Below are positions 1 through 10,700 of a DNA stretch of 54,645 nt, piece by piece. The stretch is from a virus. Lineage: Duplodnaviria; Caudoviricetes. The notes under the pieces were generated by a model, which ran no database searches, was not told the origin of the DNA, and saw only the letters and a list, made by a program, of their open reading frames with translations. The DNA lies in IMG/VR virus record IMGVR_UViG_3300042562_001062, positions 1 through 54,645 of that record. The stretch is one strand, 5' to 3'. A program made the position numbers and the translations under genes. The number at the start of each line of letters is the position of its first letter. The stretch's first letter is position 1.

Positions 1-2
1 AC

Positions 3-896
3 TACTGGACGCAGACGTTCCCCGATTTGGGGTTGACGCAGCCGACGTATGTGGTGACCGTCAAGGATCGCTCGCAGATCGCAGGCCCCACCGGAACGGT
101 GATTGATTCAGCGGTGCGTCAGGTCGTTGATGTAGCCGGTTCGTTCTTCGAGGAAATCCTTCCGTTCATCAACGATGTTCCCGGCCGGGATGGCGTGTAC
201 ATCTCCCCTCAGCTGGGGGTTAATTACGTTCCGCCGTGGGCGGTGCTGATCGCGCCCGAACCTGGCGAGAAAGGCAACGTCCTTACCTGCCGGATCAGTT
301 TCCACACCCCGAAGGGGTGGCAGCACATCATCGGTGGGCGGTCGCCGAAGTGGCTCAACGACCTGATGAACGCAACTTTCGCTTGGCTCATCGACTCCAT
401 TGCGATCCTGATCGGATTCACCGGCATTCCGTCAAATCTGCTCGAAGGGTTCCTTAACAACACCCTTCTGGCGTTCCAGATAATGCAGAATTACACCCGC
501 CGGGACGAAGTCGGCCCCTACCATCCCGGCATTGAAGTGTTCCACGCAACCGCGTCGTCGCCGTACAACGTCGAAACGCTGTTCGGTTTCATCAATGCCA
601 TGTGGGAGTCCCGGGGGTGGGTGTCGGTCATCGCCACCTTCCGCAACGGAGAGGTATACACGCTGGGCAAGGACGTGTTCCGCGGCGGTCTTGTTTCGGT
701 TCTTTACATGGGTCGGACCAGAATCTTCACCGACTACATCGAAGAGGTCGTGTTTCAAATCGACCGCTCCAAGCGCGATATTCTTCTACAGGTAGGCGAC
801 GGGAAAGCCGAGGAGTCCCCACTGGCTAAGCATCAGCGGTTCATCACCGGCGTCCTAGAAAGCATCAATGTTCTGACGCTCGCACCCCAGGGCTGA
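3..896 (+). CDS. Minor tail protein, 5'-truncated by the window edge
   Basis: Frame is open from base 3 (YWTQTFPDLG...). Resembles mycobacteriophage minor tail proteins that follow the tape measure gene (GGRSPKWLN, LQVGDGKAEESP). Confidence 0.8.
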   Translation, partial: YWTQTFPDLGLTQPTYVVTVKDRSQIAGPTGTVIDSAVRQVVDVAGSFFEEILPFINDVPGRDGVYISPQLGVNYVPPWAVLIAPEPGEKGNVLTCRISFHTPKGWQHIIGGRSPKWLNDLMNATFAWLIDSIAILIGFTGIPSNLLEGFLNNTLLAFQIMQNYTRRDEVGPYHPGIEVFHATASSPYNVETLFGFINAMWESRGWVSVIATFRNGEVYTLGKDVFRGGLVSVLYMGRTRIFTDYIEEVVFQIDRSKRDILLQVGDGKAEESPLAKHQRFITGVLESINVLTLAPQG

Positions 897-949
897 TGAT
901 GATGGGGTGTTGCAAAACGCAACACCCTGAGTAGAAGGAGGCGGACACC

Positions 950-1798
950 ATGCCGTTAACCAACTGGACAACCACGGTCATTGACGGCAAGGAATACCTT
1001 GTCATCGACGTGGCGAAGTTCCGCATCCCGATGGACTGGGATCCGAACTCAAACATGTTCATTGCGGTGGCAGCACCAGATGGCGGGCTAGGTTCATTTC
1101 CTGGGCTTGTCCAGGGCGACACCGGCCCCGCTCCCACCATCGACCCGGCGATCAACTTCACCGCGCTCCCCGCTGGTGATCCCACCCCGGACTCGGCGTC
1201 ATGGTCGGAGATTTCGACCGACGTATACAAGCTGAACCTTGCGCTGCACAAAGGGGAGAAAGGCGATGCTGCTGCCTTCGACCTAGCTGACGCCGACGAT
1301 CTGGTCGGAACCCCAGCGGCCGGGAGGATCCTCGTCGTTAACACCGCGGCCAACGGATTCGAGTACGCCGCCCAGAAAGTCGGGGACGAGTATTGGCCTG
1401 CGACCATCAACAACACCCCGTCGGGTAACTCGGCATACACGCTGTGCCAGGTGTCCATTCCGGGGCAGTCGTTCGCGTGGCGACCGGAAGTATCGGGCTG
1501 GTGTGTCATCACCGGGACTGGCGCCGACGTTCAGGTGGACCTGGTTGCCCGACTGAACGATCAGGCCGCAGGCAAAATCTTGGGCCGGGGTCGGGGTCAG
1601 ATCGGGCAGAATGCTGAAGGGTCTGCAACTGTGCTTGTGTCTGGACCCCCGTCCGGGTCGGTCGCCGACTTCAACAAAGTGGCAGCGGGCAGTGCGACAA
1701 CGATCTTCTTTCGGGCTGAGAGACAGTCCGGTTCGCAGACATTCACCACTGTCGGTACTGCGTCCGCGTTCAGTGTCAGGGTGCGGCCTGTCCCATGA
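950..1798 (+). CDS. Minor tail protein
   Basis: 282 aa, strong SD (AGAAGGAGG), lies within the tail module, short collagen-like GxxG stretch (KGEKGD). Confidence 0.75.
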   Translation: MPLTNWTTTVIDGKEYLVIDVAKFRIPMDWDPNSNMFIAVAAPDGGLGSFPGLVQGDTGPAPTIDPAINFTALPAGDPTPDSASWSEISTDVYKLNLALHKGEKGDAAAFDLADADDLVGTPAAGRILVVNTAANGFEYAAQKVGDEYWPATINNTPSGNSAYTLCQVSIPGQSFAWRPEVSGWCVITGTGADVQVDLVARLNDQAAGKILGRGRGQIGQNAEGSATVLVSGPPSGSVADFNKVAAGSATTIFFRAERQSGSQTFTTVGTASAFSVRVRPVP

Positions 1799-4700
1799 CC
1801 GACATGAATATCCCAGAATGGATCAATCCTGTTCCTGAGGGAACTGTCGGCCACGGGCCACTCCCTGGCAATACCCAACAGCGGGATGTGCTCTCCGAAG
1901 AGCAGATGCGCCAGATGCGCGATCAGCTATTGGAGAGCTTTGTCTCGGTTGTGGTGCAGGCTGTGCGGGGTTTGTTTGTGCCCGGCCCTTTCGGCGCGGC
2001 AATCGAGCAGCTTGAGGAATGGTCCGGCGGCATTGCCGGCGAGGCTGTGCTGTTCATAGAGACTCTGACTGGCCTCAACATTAACGAAGGATCAGAGGCT
2101 TTCAACACGTCGTTGGTGCAGGTTTTTGAGACTCTGACCGGCCTGGACATCAACGGAGGGCCGGAGGCTTTTCTTGCGTCGATAACTGAGGTTTTCGAGA
2201 CTCTGACTGGCCTCAACATCGACGAAGGGCAAGAGGCTTTCCTTGATTCGGTGACCCAGGCTCTGTTGACGAAGGACCCTGAAGAGTTCGTTGGCTCTTT
2301 GGAAACCGTTCTGGTTGATGGGACTAGCACGTTCGGGACTTTCCTCAACGAGTTGTGGAAAAAGTTGACGGGGCAGGAACTTCTTCCCGGTCAGAAGAAA
2401 GATGTCGCGGCCGTTGCCACCGCGGCCGGCATTCTTTATGACGATGCGACTTCGGCGCTGACGCTGGGGCGGGACATCGTGTCCTCTGGTGCGAACATCA
2501 TCAAGAATCCCGGCTTTGAGAATGTGCTGTTCCAGCAGCTTGGTTCGATGTACACCACAGCCGCGAAGAGAAGCGGCAACTTCTCGTTGCAGTTGGTGGG
2601 CACGGGGGCTTTGACTGCCTCGTACTCGCTGCTTTCGGATGATGATGCTAACCCGGCGAACGTCGCGGTCACCGCCGGCGACGTCTACCTTGCGGAAGTG
2701 TTCGTCAAGGCGAAGTCAACGAACACGCAGACCTCCGGCGGTGTGGGTGCGATCCGAATGCACTTCCAGCCGTATAGCCAGAGCAATGTGGCGCTGGAAG
2801 ATTCGTCCATAGCTTTGACTCCGTCTAACGCTCTGAAAAACGGCCCTGAGCCGGGTGGCTGGACAAAGATGTTCGGCTACATCACGATGCCCCCCGGCGC
2901 GAAGTGGCTTGTGATCAAGCTGCAGTTGCTGCCTGGTGTAAACCTGGGTGAGACTTACTATTTCGATGACGTGCAGGTACGCGAGGTCACGCTGGCCAAG
3001 GCCGGTGTGGATGCCGCTTCAGTTGCTGCGGGGGCCGCGCAGACCGCTGAGGGGAAAGCCGATACGGCGCAGGGAAGTGCCGATAAGGCCAACCTGGGGA
3101 TCAAGGACTCTGCGGCTAAGGGCGCGAGCATCCTGTTCGACGGCGGCTTTGAGAACACATTCGCCTGGGAGCCAATGCCACCCGGTGCCGGTAATGGCTC
3201 TCGCAGCGCGGAGCAGAAGCGCAGCGGAAGCTACTCATGGAAAACAGCGACTGGGGCAATCACCCGGTCTGTCAGCTTGCATGTCACCAGCGACAGGTCT
3301 TTGCCGCAGATGCCTACTTCTGAGGGGAAGAAGTATTACTACGAGGCGTGGGTTTACCCGCACGCCAACAACTCTCACGCTACAGGTAGTGTCTCGCTGC
3401 ATTCTCGCGTCCAGCTAGAGAACGGTACTGCCACCTTCCCGACTGCCGCTTCGGTTGCCCCCAGCACTTTGACGAAGGGTAAGTGGCAAAAGCTTTCCGG
3501 CTATATCACCATGCCGGATGATGCGGTGTCGTGGTATCCGTACCTGCGTGTTGATTCTGCTGTCCCGGCTAATGATGTTTTCTACTGGGACGATGCATAT
3601 GTCACTGAGGTGACCATTGCCAAGGACGCGACTGATCTTGCGCTTGAGGTCATTTCTTCTGGCGCGAACCTAATCAAGAACCCCAGTTTTGAGAACATTT
3701 GGTTTCAGCAGTTGGGTTCTCTGTTCACTGGGTTGCAGAAGCGAACTGGTTCTTTCTCGTTGATGCTGACCGGCAACCAGTCCTCGACGGTTTCGTATTC
3801 CTTGCTGTCGGATGACACCACACAAAGGTTTTTGAATGTGCAGGGCGACGATGTTCTGTACGCAGAGGTATGGGTGCGGGGCACAACTACGAACTCGCAG
3901 ACCTCTGGCGGCACCAACGGCATCAGGATGCTGTTTGAGCCGTTCAATAGCTCCAACCAGGCTATTGCGCTGACGGACAACTTCATTGGTTTGACTGCCA
4001 GCACCGCACTGAACAATGTTGCCGCTAATGGCGGCTGGACAAAGATGTTTGGCTACATCACGATGCCGGTTGGCACGGTGAAGTGCAAGGTCAGTTTGCA
4101 GTTGACCTCTGCTGTCAAGGCTTTGGACTCTTACTTTTTCGATGACGTGGTGGTGCGCGAGGTCACGCTGGGTAAGAAGGGTGTTGACGAGGCCGCGCTG
4201 GCGCAGGGGGCCGCTTCCACCGCTGATGGCAAGGCTGTCATTGCCCAGGATGATGTCAACCTTCGGGCGAAAGACTTCAGCAATCTTGTTGCAGGCTCCG
4301 ACTTTGAGGGCACCAAGCAGCCGTGGACTTTGGCTACCGGGTGGTCAGTAGCGACAGATCAGAAAAATTCGGGCGCGAAGAGCTTGAAGAGAACCGCGAA
4401 TGCGACTGGTTCGTATTGCACACTTCCCATTGTGACGAGCGCACTTCCCGGCGAGCAGTTCTACATTGAGTTCTACGCTCGACGGGACTCGACTGCCAAC
4501 GGCACTGCGGGTGGGACAAAGTTGCGGGTGGGCTACAACACCAGCATCTTGCTAGCCGGAATTTCTTTTGATCCGACTAGCATTCCGGTGAACGCTTGGA
4601 CTAAGTGTTTCTACACTGTCACCGCCCCGGCCGGCACAACTAATCTCGACTTCTCGCTAGGTGCCGACAACACTGCCGGGAATGTTTGGGTTGATGACAT

Positions 4701-7700
4701 TGTGATTCGCCGGGTGACAAAGCCCGACGAGGTGGCCGCACTTCCGCAGGATAAAATCACTGGCCTGCCAACCGATTTGGGTACTGCGATTGAGTTCGCA
4801 AAGTCTGGCGCAAATCTGATTACTGACCCTAGTTTTGAGAACGCTACCCTCGACGCTTCACGGGCCGCGCTTTTCGTCGGCGGGACGTGGACGCATGACA
4901 CTGTGAGGAAGCGCAGCGGCAGCCGCGCCCTGAAGTGTGTCTGGGGTTCGGGCCAGCCATACATTCTTCAGGTGCCGTCGCTGCGTTCTACCGACAAGAT
5001 CGCTACCCGTTCTGGCGCGAAATACTTTGTTTCGCAATGGGTGTTTGCCGACAGCACAAACAGCGGCACAAACACAATCGGCATGTTTCTGGAATGCACC
5101 GACTCGCAGGGTGTGCTTCCGCTTGTCTATGAGGGTTACACCCAGGCCGTCGCTGAGAACGCCTGGGTCAAGATGGAAACTGTCTTGACGGTGCCGGCGG
5201 GTTATGACCGGGTGCGTTTCTACATGTGCGGTGTCCGCACGGGGGCTGTGGCCGGTGATGATTTCTGGTTCGATGACCTGGAAGCCTACGAAGTCACTGA
5301 AGCTGTCAAGGCCCAGGAGGAAGCCGAAGCCGCGAGGGACTTGAGCCTTGAGGTCATTTCTTCTGGCGCGAACCTGATAAAGAATCCCAGCTTTGAAAGC
5401 ATTTGGTTTCAGCAGTTGGGTTCGCTGTTCACTCCTTTGCAGAAGCGCACCGGATCGTTCTCGTTGATGCTGACCGGCAACCAGTCCTCGACGGTTTCCT
5501 ACGCACTTCTGTCGGATAATTCGGCCACGCGGTTTTTGAATGTGCAGGGCGACGATGTGCTGTACGCGGAAGTCTGGGTGCGGGGCACAACAACTAACTC
5601 GCAGACCTCTGGCGGCACCGACGGCATCAGGATGCTGTTTGAGCCGTTCAATAGCTCCAACCAGGCTATTGCGCTGACGGACAACTTCATTGGTTTGACT
5701 GCCAGCACCGCGCTGAACAATGTGGCTACGAATAGTGGCTGGACGAAGATGTTTGGTTACATCACGATGCCGGTTGGCACGGTGAAGTGCAAGGTCAGTT
5801 TGCAGTTGACCTCTGCGGTCAAGGCTTTGGACTCTTACTTCTTCGATGACGTGGTGGTGCGCGAGGTCACGCTGGGTAAGAAAGGTGTTGACGAGGCCGC
5901 GCTGGCGCAGGGTGCCGCTGCCACCGCTGGCGGCAGAGCCATTGCGATCAATCAGAACCTTTACGGTCAGGACACCCCAGGCACGGTAATTCCTGAGGGG
6001 AAGGTGGAGAACCTTCCTACTGTTAGGACAACAGCGAACACCGCACAGAGCATTGCAAATGCAAACATCCAGTCCGGTTCAAATCTGTGTGCCAATCCAG
6101 GTTTTGAAAACCTAAGCTTCTACAACAGTTCGCTTTACAGCACTGAGCAAAAGCGTTCCGGTACGCGGTCATTGAGGCTGGCGGGAACTGGCAGCACCAA
6201 CGTGGATGCGTGGGCCACCATTGACAACGCGGGGATTGTGTTTGTCCCAGCGTCACAGGGCGACGTGTTTTACATGGAGTTCTGGATCATGGGGCGGCCT
6301 GCTGCTGTCGGGCCACCGGCTGTTGCGGCCAATGTTGGCGGCGGCACAATCCAGATGTTCATGTCTGTGTATAACAAGGACAATGTGGGGCTGACGTTCC
6401 CCGCCATAAACGTGACTGGCACCACGGCACTTAACGGTGTGTGGACGAAGTACAGCACCTACACCCCTGCGCTCCCCGCAGACACGGCTTCGATGCATGT
6501 TCGGTTCCGTTTAGGGACAACGGTTCCCGCGACGGACGTGTATTACTTCGATGATGTTGTGGTGCGCGAGGTCACTGAAGGCAGTGTCGCCAAGGCGAAC
6601 GCGGGGGCGGCTGACACTAAGGCGCAGGCCACGGTTGACAAAGTTGTCGAGTCGGTTTCCGGTGTTGTTTCTTCTGGCAATACGCCAGCGAGCGTCAAGA
6701 CGAGCTTGCAGGATGCGTGGTCAAAATTCTGGGAGGGTTTGACCGGCAACACTGGAAGCAACAAGTTGCCGTCCGACGTGAAGGCCGGGGCAACTCTTGT
6801 CAAGACGAAATCTGACGACGCTTTCAGGGATGCTGGCTTGGCTGACGGTAAGGCTGTCAAGGCTAAGAACGCCGCAGGTATTTCCATTGCATCGGGCAGC
6901 AATCTGGTGGCTAATGCCAGTTTTGAGAATTTCGAGATCCCGGTGGTGGGTCAGTGGGCGTACTCCACTGAGCAGGCCCGCACGGGCACCCGGTCAGCGA
7001 AACTCACTTCCAATGGCAGCAGCAATCAGGCCATCATCTTGGGCACTGACGGCGACGGCGCGGAACTGGATGTTCTGTGTTCTCCTGGCGACATCTTCTA
7101 CGTCGAGGCGTGGATTCGGGGGGCCGGGACTAACACTGCGACAACGGGCAGTTTCTACATTTCCAGCCGGTTCCGTAAGAAGCATCCGACTACTGGTGTG
7201 GTCACGCTTGAGTATTTGACGGGCGAGGCGCTGTACCCCACCACCAGCCTCAATAATCTCAAGACTGGCTGGGCGAAGATTTCCGGTTATGTCACCGCTC
7301 CCGCCGACTCATACGGCTTTAACCCTTTGGTGATCGTCGGCAGCAATATCGCGGCGAGTAATCATTGGTATGTCGATGATGTGACGGTGCGCGAGGTGAC
7401 CACGGCGCAGGCCACACTGGACAACATTGTGCAGTCTGTCACTGGCGTAACCGCGACGGGCAACTCCCCTGTCAACGCCCAGAATAAACTCGTTGATGCC
7501 TGGACTGAGTTTTGGCGGGGACTCAACAAGGATCAGACGGGCACCAACAAGCGTCCAACCGATGTGAACACGGCTGCTGCTGGTCTTCGGGACAGGGCGA
7601 ATGATGCGTTCAACAAGGGCAGTGACGCTGAAGGAAAGGCGATTGTAGGGCAGGGGATTACCAAGTCCTACATTGAATCCGGCAGCAATGTTCTCCCCAA

Positions 7701-10700
7701 TGCCGGCTTTGAGAACACCGCATTTTTCGGCAACGAGTTGTACAGCCTTGAGCAGAAGCGCACTGGGTTGCGGTCATTGAAGATGACTGCTACTGGGGCG
7801 ATCCAAGATGTGACCATTAGCACCGACAGTGACAGCATCGTCAGCATTAGGGGTGAGGGCGGTGAAATCTATTACTACGAGTATTGGATGCGCGGCGGCA
7901 GCACCGTTTCTGCCGGTCAGGCTGGGCTGCATTTAAGGTGTGTTAGTGACACTGGCGCAGTCAGTTTCGTCACCGGGTATGCGACGATCACCACAGCCAA
8001 CCGCAACACATGGGGGACGAAGTATAGCGGCTACTTGACGCTGCCGCCTAGCACAGCGACCTTCACTGTGGTGATGTCGGTTCGGGCGAATGTGCCGTCT
8101 GGTCATGTGCTGTATTTCGATGACGTTGTTGTTCGGGAAGTGACTAGCGCCGCCGCTATCAACCAGAACCTATACGGTCAGAACACCCCTGGCGCAACGA
8201 TCCCCGAAGGGAAGGTAGAGTACCTTCCGACTGTCAGGACAACTGCGAACACGGCCCAAAGTGTGGCTTCTGCGCTGGTTGCTTCTGGCGGCAACCTCCT
8301 GGCTAACAGCAGCTTTGAGAGCACTTCATTCTCTTTGGCTGCGGTACAGGGCAGTTACTCGACAGAGCAGGCTCGCACTGGAACCCGATCACTCAAGATA
8401 ATCAGCAACGCCAGTAGTGCCTACGGCTATGTCACGTCAGACCTTACTGGGACACTCCGAATTCCCGCTAGTGCCGGTGACATCTTTTATGTCGAGTTCT
8501 ATGTGCGTGGCGCGGATTTGAATGCCCAAACCACTGGCGGCACTAATGGTATTCGTTTGGTTATTAACTTCCGCAACGCCGCTAACGGCAGCGCCGGTAG
8601 CGCGGTGGTTAACCAGTTGGCTTCAAGCGCACTTGACAACGTGTGGACAAAGGTCAGCGGGTACACAACAGCGTCACCGGCACCGGCTGGCACTGTGGGT
8701 TTCTACGCCTACCTTGAACTGACTGGCGCGGTTACCAGTGGTGAAACCTATTACTTCGATGACGTGGTGATCCAGCGGGTGACTGAAGGTGTTGCCGCTG
8801 ACACTAAGGCTCAGGCTACCGCCGATAACATTGTGCAGTCGGTGGCCGGTGGCTCCTCGACGGGCAACTCCCCGGCCACGGTGCAGACCCAACTTGTCAA
8901 CGCCTGGACAGCGTTTTGGCAAGGACTGAAGAAGAACACTCCAGAAAGTACGGAAACCAATAAGCGGCCTGCTGACGTAAAGACGGCTGCGGAGGTTCTG
9001 AAAACGCTTTCCGACGATGCCTTCAGGGACGCTGGCGAGGCTGACGGTAAAGCTGTTCTGGCGCAGAACAATTTGAACTTGAAATCTCAGGACTTCACCA
9101 ACCTGCTGCCGGGTTCGGACTTTGAAAGCACAACCCAGTTGTGGCCGGTGTCCTTAGCGCCGGCCACGTTCTCCATCATCACTGGTGTCGCTGGGGTAGA
9201 AACCAACACTGGAACAAAGTCTTTGAGGATCGTTGGCGGCGACACCGCGCAGCGATCCATCACGTTTGACAGCGTATCCCCCAACTTTGAGGTCAAACAG
9301 GGCGACCAGCTTTACATGGAGTTGTGGGTTCGGGAGTCAGCGGACTACGCGAACACCGATACCAACGATCCGCGTTTCAGGTGTATTCGCGGTACAGGTT
9401 CGGTATCACCGGGGACAACCATTGGTGACATCAAGCTGCTCCCGGCGAACATTCCTACTGCGAATACCTGGACGAAACTGTCTGCGACGGTGACGATTCC
9501 GGCTGGGGTGCCTGCCGTCCAGTTTGTCTTCACCGGCCCGAAGACCAGCCCCGCCATGACCGGGACGCTGTGGGTCGATGACATCGTGGTGCGGCGCGTC
9601 ACCAAAGCCGACGAGGTGGTCAGGCTCCCTGCGACGAAGGTTGCTGGCCTGCCCACTATTGGCTCCAATATATGCCCCAACAACAGCTTTGAGGAAAGCA
9701 CGTTCTGGGCTGGCGCGACTATGTTCTCCACTGAGCAGGCTCGCACAGGTACGCGGTCGCTGAAAATGGTTGCGAATGGCGCGAATCAGGACTACTGGGT
9801 TATCAATGATGGTGTTTCGCAGATCTCACGAATCACTGCTTCGCCAGGGGATTCGTTCTACATTGAGTTCTGGGTTTATGGGGCGAGCCACAATACGGGC
9901 ACTGGCACGATCAGCATGTTCATCACCCCGTACACCAACGCGAACGTGACATTGACTTCGCCTGGGTTTAACTACACGTTGTCAACGGCCAATAAGGGCG
10001 TGTGGACAAAGGTTTCGGGGACGGTGACGATTCCGACTTCGTTGACTACGGCGGCGAGCATCAGTGCGCGTGTCCGTCTGGCCTCTAACGTTCCGGTGAA
10101 TACCTCACCGACGTTGCCGGATACCTACTACTTCGATGACTTCATCATCCGCGAAGTGACTGTTGCCCAGGCCACTGCCGACAACATTGTGCAGTCTGTC
10201 ACTGGGGGCACCTCGACGGGTAACTCAGCAGCCAGTGTGCAGACCCAGTTGGTGAATGCGTGGACTGAGTTCTGGCGTGGTCTAGCCAAAGACCAGACCG
10301 GCACTAACAAGCGTCCTGCTGACGTAAACGTAGCTGCCGCTGGGGTTTTGGAAATCGCTGAAGATGGTGTTCGGGACGCGGACGCTGCCAAGGGCCGCGC
10401 CATAGCGATCAACCAAACCTTGTTCGGCCAGGACCTCCCCGGTACGTCGATTGCGGAAACCCGCATACCGACGCTCAGTTTGCAGAAGATTCCGACGCTG
10501 ACTGAGGACAAGCTACCCACTATCAGCCAAGGCAAAGTGAACGGGCTGACCACCGACCTGACCGGAAACTCCACCAAGATTCAAAGCACGGTCGATAAGA
10601 TTGCCGGTGCCCTCACAGGCAGCGATACTGTCGATGCGCTAGTCGATGATGCGGCTGCGGCCCTCCGCAAAACCTATCTGACGTTGTCGGATCACAGCCG

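Noticed and set aside
3643-5919. Diversity-generating retroelement template/variable repeat pair
   Set aside because: Differences are not adenine-specific, both copies are in frame in one gene, and no reverse transcriptase is in the window.
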